Shown: positions 40,255 to 54,700 of the stretch, in pieces
Layout: each line of letters starts with the position of its first letter
Numbering within the stretch: position 1 is the first letter of the stretch
DNA from: Octopus vulgaris
Lineage: Eukaryota
NCBI GenBank assembly: GCA_951406725.2
Contig: OX597815.1
Coordinates: 137,020,001-137,084,000 of the forward strand
Reading direction: 5' to 3'
DNA: 64,000 nt
The notes under the pieces: model-generated
What the model was told of the DNA's origin: nothing
The model's input: only the letters and a program-made list of their open reading frames with translations
Databases searched by the model: none
Program-made: the position numbers and the translations under genes

Positions 40255-41451
40255 GTATATGTATATATATATATACGGAGAGAGAGAGAGAGAGGCAAAG
40301 AGAGAAAGTTAGAGAGAGAGTAAGTAATATACGAATGCTTACTTATATATAGATAGATATATGTATACATACATATGTATATATGAAAAGATAAATGATT
40401 CGTGACGTTAAGTAAATGAGATGACAGGAGCAGGTATTCAGGCATACAACCAGGTATAATGGCCCTAATACGCATTAACATTAACTCAAGCAGAGACGCA
40501 CTCACACACACAAACACACACACACACACACGTGTATATATACATACCTACCTTCTTGCATACTTATAAGTATTAATATACATATATAACCACCTAGCTG
40601 TAGTTGCTGTATAGATTGTTTACCAAAACAGCTTTAGAGTCCGGTTCATGTATTTGCGAAGAATTGTAAAAAAATGAAAAAAAACGCAGTTAACATAGGT
40701 ACGTGGAAGCATGCACAGACATAAACACATAAAAATATTCATACCGCGAGCAACGCAAACGTATACTAATGCCATGCATATATATACATATAGATATACA
40801 TACATACATATATTCATATATCTTGACGTGTTAACATGCATTCATACAAACTTAGATACATAAAGATGCAGATGCATACATATTTACATACGTAGACACA
40901 TATACACATGCAGACACACGCCCTACATACACAAATTTATACATTGGTGGGAAAGGTCAATACCCTGGTGCATTGTAACACGCATTTCTGGCTTCTGTAG
41001 TGAGCACAAGCTGCAAAAAATTTTCCTTCATCAACTTTACCGTCTGAAATGCAGGGAGCAGAGTGATTCACCTGTCGGAACCATACAGGAGACAACGCTG
41101 TTATTTACAAAATATACAGCATGTATGCATGTGTGTGTGTATGTATGTATGTATGTATGTATGTATATACTCATGCATGTAAAGGCGCATATACCTATCC
41201 AGTTATACTATATATATATATGTATACACACATTTGTATACTTGTACATAGATTCATACACATACAAAATAAATACATAAAGACATGTTGTATATATATA
41301 TATAAAGAGTTTCGTTGGTTCTCATACGTTGCTTGTGTATGTATGTAAACCTATACCTATACCCACATACAGACATATAGATATAAGTATACACATATAA
41401 AGATACATATACATACGTACATATATACATATATGTATACATGTATGTATA

Positions 41452-41488
<37 letters not shown>

Positions 41489-41708
41489 CGGATGTGTCTG
41501 TGTGTATAGGCGCACACACACACACACGCACAAATATGCATATATATATATATATATATACATATATATACATATTTGTGCGTGTGTATGTGTGCGCGCG
41601 TATACACACAGACACATCCGTAATATATGTGTGTGTCTACGTACATACACACACCCACAGTTAGATAGATGGATGGATAGATTGATAGATAGACAGACAG
41701 ACAGAGTC

Positions 41709-41785
<77 letters not shown>

Positions 41786-41798
41786 CAGACAGACAGAC

Positions 41799-41879
<81 letters not shown>

Positions 41880-43811
41880 TGCACATGTGTGTTTACTTAC
41901 ATTTAATCACAGTGAAAATACGACGTGGAGCTTTATATGCAATGCACACACACACACACACGCACACACACACGCACACATACACACACACACATGCATG
42001 CATGCATACATACATACATATATACACACCCACATATGCCTAAACAAGAATTAAATAAGTGATAAATGAACTCACTAAAGATTGAAAAAAATGTGTGAAT
42101 TACAGCGTGTATGAAAGAATGACTCTAATTAATTAAGTGCATTAATTAAAAGAGGAATGAATGAATAAATGAATAACAATGGGAAACCTTAAATGAAACC
42201 ATCAGTAATAAAATATAGAGAATGCAAAAGATATTGCTAACAGATAGAAGGGAAATAACTTCTCAAGCAGTGATGTCCCCTCGGTAGATAGCGTCAGTAT
42301 ATATTGTCGTATCTTCATGATGCATCTGGTTTTATATTTTAATTTTCTGTATTTTCTTTTTTTAAATCTTCTGATTTCCAGTTCAATAATGTTGTGATGC
42401 TCATGCTTTCCAAAATAGAATCGTTGTTATTCAGTATATAAAAAAAAAATAGTACTGATTTCGTGTCAAAAATCATTATTATTTAAAAAGAGCTGCTGTG
42501 AATATCATTTGGCCCAGAACTGTCGAACGGATCTAAAGACATTCAAAATGGTGCCACCCAACCAATCTTTTATTCAGAAATATTATAATTTGGACTACTG
42601 AATTAGTTAATGTGTCGTTTTTCTACTATATATGACAGTACGGTTCTGGGTTGAGATAGATTAGTGTGCTGAACCAAAAGTGACCATGAGAACTTGCGCA
42701 AGCTTCTCGTGCGTTGTGCAGCATATTTTATAAGCATAGTTTGCAAGGCCCAGATATTGGACCTTATAGAGTTTCAGTTCAGAACGTGAAGGGAAAATGT
42801 CTTTTTGTACTTGCTTTTTATTGTTTCTTCTCTCTTTTCTTTATCTTCTCCTTTAGACTCGACTCAAACGCCATATATTTAAGCATGGCATGAATTATTG
42901 GAAAATATTTCATTCATGTTCTTCTGAAATCTACTTGCTTTGTAAATATATTCAGCCGGGGGTTGGGATAGAAAGCGACAAACCTTATCTTTATCTCTCT
43001 TTACGTCATCTACACATGTTATGATAGTGTTCATTTTATGATTTTTTTATCGTATTATTTCTCCACATCTTGCTAGGCACACAAAAAAAACCTTAAATTC
43101 TAAGGAAAGGAAAAAGGTTAGATTATGATTCTTTACAATATCGACTTGCCGGGAGGTGTTAAAGCTCCAGTACCACCCAACCCCCAAGCCAACGAGGGAT
43201 TTGCTTCATGGTTTTTCGATATGCTAGAAAATGCAGTCAAATGCCCTTCAAATCCCCCGCAAAAGTCTATAGACATAAATAAATGGAAGTGATGTATGAG
43301 ACAATGTAGTGATAAATGCTCCGACAACAGATGAGATATTCAAATGTTCGTAGCTACAATGGCTTTGATCATAAATTACTTAAGGTTAAACATCAAGAAC
43401 AAACATCAGCTTGGGGTAATTGTAAAAGAGATTTCTGACACAGGCACAAACAGATTTCGTGGGAGCTAGAACATTCAGATATAGCTAAATCGATCACAAA
43501 ATTATGAAAAGTAAGGCCAACAGCCTCAGGAGTGGAATACAAATTTATATCTGATATAAATATATGTAGCAGGATGATAGGCTGGCTCTCCGAAATGTGA
43601 TTCAAAATCAACAACGACACTTTATTGATTCTGCCACCGACAATAAAAATTATAATTTTAATTCAGGATGGTTCTAAGCACTTGAAAGACTGCTGAAAAC
43701 TTGTGGATACCTAAGATTACAGGCAGTAACCTGCTATTCACATAAATCCTACCAGGAATAAAACCTATCCTGAGTCAAACCAATAATAATAATTATAATT
43801 ATAATCATAAA

Positions 43812-44893
43812 TTCCCTGATGCAGTACCAGGCTTTGGGTTTCATGGCTTCTCCTCTTAAATGATTGGAAGTGTTATCATGTACATTGTTTTTATCTTGGT
43901 ATAAAAGATGGGCTACAGCAAATATTCTGCTCAATACCACAGATTTGCTTTGTCGGCTGACGATATGTGCATATTTGATCACCAGTAGAAGTAGTTGGGG
44001 AGCATCATAGCCATGGTTTGAGAGGAATTCTGTGGGGTTTGGATAATTCAGCTTTGGAAACAACGGTGTTTCGTTCAACATCCTTAAACGACCGTTGTTC
44101 AAGGACCTTTTGTGCGGGATGAGCTACTCGGCTTGAAGGAAATTGTAACTGGACCCCATCTGTAAGGTCATGCGCTGTTTATCTTGGTATGAGATCACCA
44201 TGTCGCGCACATACGGTTGAGATACGTGTGCCTGATGTACCCTTATCAGAGGGGTAGTCATGATGGGTATACAGAGCTTCGTATATTTGCCCCAGTGACA
44301 CTTTAATAGCATGCGCTGCTCTCTCACTCAATAATAATAATAATAAATGCCCTGATGAGGCACTGGCTCTCATGGCTTCTCATCTTAATTTATTAAAAGT
44401 GTTATCATGTACATGTTTTTTTCTTGATACAAAAGATGGGCTACAGCAAATATTCTGCTCAATATCACAGATTTGCTTGTCGATTGCTTGACCTTAACCA
44501 GTTGAGCATACCTCTTAGTGGCTGACAGTATGTGTATCTCTAATCACAAGGAGTAGTGGGGGAGTATCATAGCCATGTGTTGAGAGAAATTCTTTGAGAT
44601 TTGAATAATCCACCTTTGGAATCACGAGTGTTTCGTTCACCATCTCTAAGCTAACCTTATCCTGGGACCTTCTGAGCGTGGTGGGTCACTCGACCTGAAA
44701 AAAATTCTAACCGGGCCCCACCAACAAGGTCACATGCTGTTTATCTTCATATGAGATCACCATTTCGCGCACATATGGCTGTGATGCATGCGCCTGGTGT
44801 ACCCTTATCAGACGGGTAGTCATGATGGGCATAGTGGGCTTGGTATAATTTACCCCAGTGTCACTTTGATGGCATGCACTGCTCTCTCACTCA
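43812..44893 (+). mobile_element. Two tandem copies of a roughly 550-bp non-coding interspersed element bounded by (TAA)n
   Basis: Copies lie at about 43812-44329 and 44349-44893. They start CCCTGATG and end CTGCTCTCTCACTC, and they are separated by (AAT)n. Confidence 0.85.
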
Positions 44894-44898
44894 ATTGG

Positions 44899-45683
44899 CT
44901 ACCAGGTCAACATATTAAAGAACAGCAGCAGCCCATCGTGTCGTGTATGTAGACACAAAATGAAAGCATTGATAATGCTATCTACTTGTACAATCTTCTT
45001 GCGCCTACAGAGTATCTCAACACACATGACTGAGCAGCACATTATATTCACTGGGTGTTTTGCGAAAGATTGGACCTGTCCTATGATAAAAACACAGACC
45101 ACTTACAGTGCTTGAAAATGGCTATATTTCACACCTCTGGAGCTTCGCCATTCAAACTGATAGAAAGACAGATGCGAATAGATCAGACATTATATTGAAG
45201 GACTTTAGTCAAAAATCACGCCTCCTCATCGATATGACTGTCCCATTCGACATAAATGTTTCTGTCAAGACCTGAGCAAGTATAAAGATCTTGAAATAGA
45301 AAATGGCAAAATGATGAACCTGAAAACTAAAGCAATAACTGTTGTCACAGGTGCCCTTGGTATGATATCAAAGGGGGCTGATTGCTACCTAGCTTAGAAA
45401 CCAAGAAATCCCAAAATGGCAGAAATTCAAAAAATAGTGTTCATGGGAACTGCCCATATCCTACGTAAAATACTGTCTATGTAACCTCAAATTTTAAAAC
45501 AAACTTATAATTTTCTTGTTTTCTTAAACATTCTCTAGAACAATACTTTGTGCAAAACCAAATATATAGCACCCGAGTCACAACACCAACTTGAACTTCT
45601 AACTTGTTGGCTCTTTAGGTCTTTGGGTGAGACTTGGAGTGAACTTGTCCAAATACAAAGCAGAAGTCAAACATAATAATAAT
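44899..45683 (+). mobile_element. RLE-type (R4/Dong-like) LINE 3' fragment with TAA tail
   Basis: Zinc-knuckle region CRVC...ESIDNAISTC, then DIILKDFSQKSRLLIDMTVPFD and SKYKDLEIE...VVTGALG. It ends ...GTCAAACATAATAATAAT. Confidence 0.8.
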
Positions 45684-46018
45684 AGAGCATCGAACTTACG
45701 ACCGTGGGGTCGTGAGTTCGAATCCCGCACTGTGCTGCGTGTTGTGTTCTTGAGCAGCAACGTGAAATAATTTCACGTTGCTCCAGTTTACTCAGCTGTA
45801 CAAAAGAGTTGCGACGTCATTGCTGCCAATCTGCATTGTCTTTTGACTTTCCCTAGGATAACATCGGTGGCGTGGAGAGGAGAGGCTGGTATGCATGGGT
45901 GACTACTGGTCTTACTTAAACAACCTTGCACGAACTTACGCCTCGGAGGGTAACTTTCTAGGTGCAATCCCCTGGTCATTTGTGACCGAAGAAAGCGGGG
46001 TCTCCGCCTCCGGCTCCG

Positions 46019-46344
<326 letters not shown>

Positions 46345-46387
46345 CCTATCGTGTACATATTTTGTTTTTGGTGTGAAAGATGGGCTG

Positions 46388-47070
46388 CAGACGGGTAGTC
46401 ATGATGGGTATATTGGGCTTCGTATATTTTACCCCAGTGTCACTTTGATGGCATGAACTGCTCACTCACTCAATAATAATAATAATAATTATAGTAATAA
46501 TAATAATAATAATAATGCCCTGATGCAGTACCAGGCAGTAGCTCTCATGGCTTCTGATCTTAACTGATTGGAAGTGTTATCATGTACATTGTTTTGTCTT
46601 GGTATAAAAGATGGGCTACAGCAAATATTCTGCTCAATACCACAGATTTGCTTGTCAGTTGTTTGACCTTAACCAGTTGACCATGTCCCTTAGTGGCTGA
46701 CGATATGTGCATCTCTGATCACGAGCAGAAGTAGTGGGGGAGCATCATAGCCATGTGTTGAGAGGGATTCTTTGGGGTTTGAATAATTCACCTCTGGAAA
46801 CATGGGTGGTTCTTTCAACATCCTTAAACAACCCTTATTCAGGGACCTTTTGAGCGGGATGAGCTACTCAACCTGAAGAAAATTCTAACTGTGCCCCACC
46901 TGCAAGGTCATGCGCTGTTTATCTTGATATGAGATCACCATGTCGCGCACATATGGTTGTGATGCATGTGCCTGGTGTACCCTTTTCAGACGGGTAGTCA
47001 TGATGGGTATATTGGGCTTCGTATATTTTACCCCAGTGTCACTTTGATGGCATGAACTGCTCTCTCACTC
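46388..47070 (+). mobile_element. 5'-truncated copy (about 46388-46471) plus full copy (46517-47070) of the roughly 550-bp TAA-bounded element
   Basis: Same sequence as the copies at 43812-44893. Each copy is followed by (AAT)n. Confidence 0.85.
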
Positions 47071-47157
<87 letters not shown>

Positions 47158-47166
47158 AAGAAGAAG

Positions 47167-47198
<32 letters not shown>

Positions 47199-47340
47199 GA
47201 AGAAGAAGAAGTAGTAGAAGTAGAAGAAGAAGAAGAAGAAGAAGAAGAAGAAGAAGAAGAAGAAGAAGAAGAAGAAGAAGAAGAAGAAGAAGAAGAAGAA
47301 GAAGAATGATGATGATGATAATGATAATGATAATAATAAG
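47071..47340. repeat. Compound (TAA)n-(GAA)n-(TGA)n microsatellite
   Basis: Directly visible in the sequence. Confidence 0.95.
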
Positions 47341-47514
47341 TACATGGAACAAATAAAGGCTGCAATAAGGGTAGAGCACATTCAGAAAACATCACTGTTT
47401 GGAACCGCTCGAATACTCCGGATGGTGCTCGAAAATTAAGGGGTGTTAAATTAGTTCACCGGTAATGAACAGATGACACCGTAGTACATGTCCAGCGTTA
47501 GAAGCTGTGCAAAG

Positions 47515-47515
<1 letters not shown>
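47341..47515 (+). mobile_element. Extreme 3' end of an R4/Dong-like RLE LINE between trinucleotide arrays
   Basis: Reads YMEQIKAAIRVEHIQKTSLFGTARILRMVLEN*, then a short UTR and (TAC)n(TAA)n. Confidence 0.7.
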
Positions 47516-47600
<85 letters not shown>

Positions 47601-47913
47601 TGAATGATGATGATGATGATGACGATGATAGTAATAATGATAATCGCACAAGTAAGCAAATTTAAAGGGTGCGAAAAAAAAACCATAACATGGCCATCAA
47701 TATTAAACAGGCGCTTATTATATCGACCCCAGTAAACGGAAGGGGAAAGCAAAGTGTACCAAGGCAGGGATTTCAATTCATATTGGTTTTGAATGAATTG
47801 AAAGAAACAGTTCAAATACCCAATATAAATAAACGTACCACAGCAAACTTTAGAATACAAAATCACACACGCTCATGTACATATACATACACACATGCAC
47901 ATAGTAAGAATGC

Positions 47914-47945
<32 letters not shown>

Positions 47946-47959
47946 TGTATGTATGTATG

Positions 47960-47993
<34 letters not shown>

Positions 47994-48143
47994 TGTATGT
48001 GTGTATGTATGTATGTGTCAATGTAAGTACGTGTGTGTGCATGTGCATATCAATAAACCACTTTTGTATCTAAAAGATTTTTTAAATATTTACTACGGAT
48101 TGCTTGAAGCTAACTTCCTTCCTACATCTCAATCCCTGGATCT

Positions 48144-48215
<72 letters not shown>

Positions 48216-48219
<4 letters not shown>

Positions 48220-48496
48220 CGTGATAGACCGGGCTATCAGGTGTTGCGACACATCGCTGGCCACAATGCGCTTCGCATTGTTTCAGCCTTCAAATGACGC
48301 CAACCCGCTGGCTAAGCGACCAGGCCAACAGAAGAAAGAGTGAGAGAAAGTTGTGGCGATAGAGTACAGCAGGTATCGCCACCACCCCCTGCCGGAGCCT
48401 CGTGGAGCTTTAGGTGTTTTCGCTCACAATGCCCGATCTGGGAATCGAAACCGCGATCCTACGACCGCGAGTCCGCTGCCCTAACCACTGGGCCAT
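48216..48496 (-). mobile_element. Family A SINE ending in (TA)n
   Basis: Reverse complement of the 28098 and 49445 copies. Its 3' end abuts (TA)n at about 48148-48215. Confidence 0.85.
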
Positions 48497-48515
48497 ACAT
48501 ACATACATACACACA

Positions 48516-48583
<68 letters not shown>

Positions 48584-49026
48584 TCACACATAGGCGCAGG
48601 CGTGACTTTAGGTGAAGTCGCAGCTGTGTGGTAAGAAGTTGGCTGCCAACTACACGGTTCCTAGTTCAATTTCACTTGCGGCATCTTGAACGGGTGTTTC
48701 CTTCTATATCGCCGGGCTGACCAATACCTTGTGTGTGGATTTGGTAGACGGTGACTGAAAGAGGCCTATCGCATTTTTATCTTTATGTGCGTGTATGGGG
48801 GGTAGTTGTTTGCGTTTGTCCTCCACCACCGCTTGACCACAGGTGCTTGTGTGCTTAAGTTCCCGTGATATAGCCGTTCGGCAAAGCTGAACGATAGAAT
48901 AAGTATCAAGCTAACGAAAAAACATTAAATACTAGGGTTGATTCGCTCGACTTAAATCCTTCAAGGCGATGTTCCAGCATGCCTGCAGTCTGATGACCGA
49001 AACAAGTAAATGAAAACCATACATAT

Positions 49027-49442
<416 letters not shown>

Positions 49443-49444
49443 GA

Positions 49445-49738
49445 GGCGCAATGGCCCAGTGGTTAGGGCAGCGGACTCGCGGTCGTAGGATCGCGGTTTC
49501 GATTCCCAGACCGGGCATTGTGAGTGTTTATTGAGCGAAAACACCTAAAGCTCCACGAGGCTCCGACAGGGGGTGGTGGCGATCCCTGCTGTACTATATC
49601 GCCACAACTTTCACTCACTCTTTCTTCTGTTGGCCCGATCGCTTAGCCAGCGGGTTGGCTTCATTTGAAGGCTGAAACAATGCGAAGCGCATTGTAACCA
49701 GCGATGTGTCGCAACATCTGATAGCCTGGTCGATCACG

Positions 49739-49802
<64 letters not shown>

Positions 49803-49871
49803 CGTGATCGACCAGGCTATCAGATGATGCGACACATCGCTGGTCATAATGCGCTTCGCATTGTTTTAGCG
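49445..49871. mobile_element. Family A SINE (+, 49445-49742) and a 3' fragment in opposite orientation (-, 49799-49871) sharing one (TA)n
   Basis: Reads ...GATCACGGTGA (TA)n TCACCGTGATC... Confidence 0.85.
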
Positions 49872-50599
49872 TTCATATAAGCGTAAGATCGAGATGTAGG
49901 AAGGAAGGTAGCTTCAAGCAATCCGTAGTAAATATTCAAAAAAATCTTTTAGATACAAAAGTGGTTTATTGAGACTGAAGGTTGTACATTTATTCGTATC
50001 GAATTATAATAAACTGAATGAAGTGCATTTTATATTTTACGGTAGGCGACCAGGTTTCCCGGACGTGCAAAGTTTACATTGCCGCAAGGAGGTACATGTT
50101 AATAGAAGGAAGATTCGATCAAAATGTGTAAACTTTCATTTAATCAATATATGAAGAGTAGCCTACGGTAATCAACTCGCCTGGTTATTTACCATTCCTG
50201 AGGTTCTGCTCGCTATGAAATATATGTAGCCCCGATCTTATCTACTCCATTCCGTAACTCTTGTGTGTGTGTGTGTGTGTGTGTACATATATTAGATAAA
50301 GATATATTATTACCGTTATTAATGGTATTAATAAGGCAATGATAAGGTGTCCACCAAGTTCACACCGTTACAGTACTATATGCTTGTTTTGGCGCTTTGG
50401 CTGTGCATTTAGCAAGTGGTATTATATACCCTAGTGATTCTAAATTTTCTATATATATCATTTGAAATGTAAATATCAAAGTAACTACATGTACAAGGCA
50501 AACGAAATTCAGTAGGCTTCATGTTGAAAAATAAATTGTTCATTTATCAAAATTCGAACAAGTGATTCAGCCAGATGTAGATTTTATAGCCGATTTCAC

Positions 50600-50840
50600 A
50601 ATGTTCATAAATATTCAATATTTGCACAGCCTGTGACACGACACACCTCAAGTCGGTAGTTCGGCTCTTGACAAACAGGTTGTAGCATATCGCGCGTTAT
50701 ATTCTTCAGCACCTCAGTGATTTTCTGCTTGAGATACTCTAGGCTTGTAAGAAGAAGCGGGGAACATAGATCCAGTCTTTCACCTAGCCCCATAGAATAA
50801 AGTCAAAAGGCGTGAAGTCAGGTGAATATGGTGGCCATTT
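50600..50840 (-). mobile_element. Tc1/mariner-superfamily transposase C-terminal fragment
   Basis: Reads KWPPYSPDFTPFDFILWG / LEYLKQKITEVLKNITRDMLQ...YRLEVCRVTGCANIE. Confidence 0.8.
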
Positions 50841-51047
50841 CAATAGCATATTATTATTACCACTAGCATGCCCACCTAAACATAGTTTTTACACATTTTG
50901 TTAAAATTTGAGGTCATTTGAGTGCGAATTGCCTATGTTACTATACTACGAATTAATGTCAATTTCGTGGGAGGCAATATATATTGCTCTTCATCTTAGA
51001 GGGTGCTTCTTCTTTCGCATCTGCTTGTATAAACGATATATATATAT

Positions 51048-51083
<36 letters not shown>

Positions 51084-51229
51084 TTACATATATATATTAA
51101 TATCTAAATATATAAAGAATGTGCATACATACACACACACACACACATACATACATACATACATACATACATACATACATACATACATACATACATACAT
51201 ACATACATACATACATACATGCATACATA

Positions 51230-51701
51230 GGCACATAGAGAAGACAAACTGTGTAGATGTTAACATAATGCTAAAGATCAGTGAAAAAGAAAATACCAAC
51301 ACTGAACAGTTGGGGAATCTGCAGCTACTCAATCCAGATTACAAGTTCTTGTTTATACCTGTAATTATTGGGAGATGTGACACACTGCCTAAATACCAAA
51401 CTTGACAAATTAGGTTTCTCAAAACTAGAAATGAGAAAGGTAATTCGAAAACAGGATATCCAATCCATCACTAGAATTGTAAAAATCTGTAAAACTTTCC
51501 ACTTTATCACTTAAGTATGTATGAGCTTGTCTAGATATGCCACTATATGCATGAGAATACATACATAAAGCAAAACATAGAAATCTGCACATGCATACAT
51601 ACAAAAATACCCTGTTAAAAATCCAATGGAAGAGCCTTAGATCTAGGCAAGAAACTGGCTCTTTCCCTTTTGGAAAGAAATCTTAGAATAAAATTGAATA
51701 A

Positions 51702-51702
<1 letters not shown>
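51230..51702 (+). mobile_element. RLE-type LINE 3' fragment flanked by (CATA)n on both sides
   Basis: Reads DVNIMLKISEKEN...NLQLLNPDYKFLFIPVIIG / LDKLGFSKLEMRKVIRK...IVKICKTF. The UTR ends AATAAAATTGAATAATTA followed by (CATA)n. Confidence 0.7.
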
Positions 51703-51732
<30 letters not shown>

Positions 51733-54700
51733 CATACATACATACATCCTTATTTACTTCCTTATTTCCTTCCTTCCTTCCTTCCTTATTTATACATCAG
51801 GTTGCTGGTTGTATACATTCCAAATAATTAGAATTTGCCACCTTGCTGGAACGGGAAAACTGAACACTTACAGGTAATTGCTAGTAGCACTCAAAGTACA
51901 AGGGATATAATTGCATAATTTATAGATATTTAGAATTTTATTTGCCAGAAAAATGAACTCCTCGAACAGGAAATGTGACTGTATGGGAGATATGCCGGAC
52001 AAAATATTTAGCAGCATTTCTTCCAGCTTTAGATCCAAATACCACCGAGGTCGACTTTGCCTTTCCTTTTTTTTTTTTTTTTTGAAGTCGATAGAATAAT
52101 TAACAGTTTAGCACTGAGGTCGATATGATGGAAATAACTTGCCACCTCCCTCTAAAAACTTCAGGCCTTGTGCCTATAATGCAAAGGTTTATTAATCGAA
52201 TATTTCTGTTTTCTGTGATAAGTTTCATTTCACAGGTAGAAATTTAGCAACGTGGGATTTTATGTCAGTATAGTTTGTGTAATGAGAGAATATACGGTCA
52301 GGGAAATAACAAATATCTTAAATTGATCAATAACGAGAATTATGATAAGACAAATGACGTACAGAATGGTATACTGGGTGATATACGGAAAAACTGTACT
52401 GTATTGTAATCTATAGTTTACTGTCAGGAATGTATATCAGTATGTTTGTAAACATACAAGCTAGTGTGGAACGATGCGTATGTGCATGCGTGTGCTTGCG
52501 TGTTTGTGTGTATGTGTGTGTGCGTGTGTGTGCGTGTGTGTGTGTGTGTGTGTGCATGCGTGTTTGTGTGTGTGTATGTGGTGTGTGTGTGTGAGCCTAC
52601 TGTCATCGAGGGAGACCCTGGCTAAGTCTTCTAGTAGAAGCCTCTAGTTGACGAATGTCTCATATTCCCACCATATTTGTTGGGTGTGTGTGTGTTTGTG
52701 TGTGTTTGTGTGCGTATGATTTGTGTGTGCGCGTTCGTGACTGAGAGAGAGAAATATTTGCCTCAGCCATAGTTTCTACGTGATAACAAGTAATAATAAC
52801 GTGTAAAACATCTTAACTTCCTTTGCTCTTTAGAAAAGATGTTCCTTAAGTGTTACATAAACCCCTTTGGGGGAGAGAGAAACATTTTTCTTCGTTCGTA
52901 TTCTATAATTGTATGGGCACAATGGAAATGTTAAGGAATAAGAATAATGGTTTCGAATTTCGGCCCAGAGCCAGTATTTATGCAGGAGCGATGTGAAGTC
53001 GTTTACATCAATCTCAATATTTGAGTGGTACTTATTTTATAGACCCCGAAATAATGTGAAAAGCAAAGTCGGCGTTTGGCAGATTTGAACTCAGAACGTA
53101 AGGCCGGAAGAAATACCGCCAAACATTCTGTCCAGCGTGCTAACGATTCTGCCAGCGTGCTGGCTTAACGTTAGCAGAGAATAGTTTCAGGAAAACGGTT
53201 AAGTTGATTTCATTGACCCCAGCGCTTAACTGGTACTTATTTTATCGACCTCGAAAGTATAAAAGGCAAAATCTACCCCGGTGGAACTCAGAATGTACAG
53301 AGGGACGAAATGCTGCCAAGCATTTTGCGCCGGTGTACTTAACGATTCTGCCAGCTCGCCGCCTTATTAGCAGGTATGATGATAAAACGTGGTTGTGCAT
53401 GCGTTTCATCAAAGTGAACAGAGGTTGAAAAGTTCAATGAATTAGTTAGATGGATCTTCTTATATCAGGTTTATCTCCTCCTGAGCATTGGTATAAATAT
53501 GTCCAATTTTCTAAATCTGATATTGAAGTCGAATTTAATTCTGGTTTTAGCTAACTTACCTCTTCTTTCTTTTACTAATTTGACTAATCTCGTATTCAAT
53601 TTTATGTTTTGACTGAGTTTATGAACAACATTTTATAAGTTTTCAAACTTATTTGTTTCAAATAAATATTTTAAACACTTTCTTATACAGCATACGGCTG
53701 TTCCTTGCATTTGTATCTACAGGTGATTTCTTTCATTTGACTTATTAATCAACGGAATTAGAAAAAGTCAACTGAGTAGACAGGTTATTTAAAAAGATTC
53801 ATAGATAGAGGGGATGGTTCAAATTTCTTGGTCGATGAATCTCGTCTTGGAGTTACTTTATTCATATCCATCCAAGAGGTGGAGTATATTATCAAACACT
53901 TTTCAGTAGTAAATCCAGCAAAGCTAAAGCTAATTTTTGCTGTTTTCTATAAATCACAGTTCGTTTGAAATTGCTGTGTACAACTAAACATTTTCTTCCT
54001 GCATCTTTCTCTGTATCACCGGTAATATATTATTACTGCACTTGTTTGCGCGCAAAGTATAGGCCTACAGTTTGATATGGCTTCTGGTGTTTAAATTTTG
54101 GGAAATTAATATTGTTTACCTGTCCAATAGTCAATGAACTGTTAATCCTGGTCTACTTAGGAGTTTATTGACTTCTAGCGTTCAGGTTTTTCAGCAAAGA
54201 ATTCTTAAACTAATTAATCCTAGGGAATTTTCACTTGCTTCATATTCTTAGTATGCTGGTGTGCTCGTGTCCATTACACCAACATGGTCCATTGTGTTTT
54301 AATCATTAATTTTATTTTGGACAATATGAGCAAGACAGACCTGGTGTTAACCTTTTGAAAGATTAGCACTTCTGACCTATCTTAAACTGCTTTCTTTTTT
54401 ACAATCACTATAAGAAGATATCATGAAAGAGATTATACGTACTGACTAGACTGAGTGCAGTTTTTTAGATAACGTTTAGTTTGTTTTAAGTCGATTAGCT
54501 TTCATTTATTTGTACTAAACAAATTCGCTTTGCTTCGTTTCAATTGAAAACCTTTTCATTTTTATTCTATTTGTGTTAATTGATTCCTTTGTTTTCTTTG
54601 TTCAAATTATCTATTTGTACGTATGCACGTTATATAAAGAATATATTTTGCCATGGAATTAGAAGAGCTTGCAAAGCCTCTGAGTAGCTGCTGCAGTTTC

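Noticed and set aside
46517-46850. HDV-like ribozyme at the 5' end of the 550-bp element (GCCCTGA with distant TCAGGG)
   Set aside because: I could not build the P2/P3/L3 nested pseudoknot, so the pairing may be chance.
50040-50100. GAAA CCTGG TC on the minus strand, and a similar partial motif near 41044-41085
   Set aside because: No recognisable CUGANGA partner at the right position.
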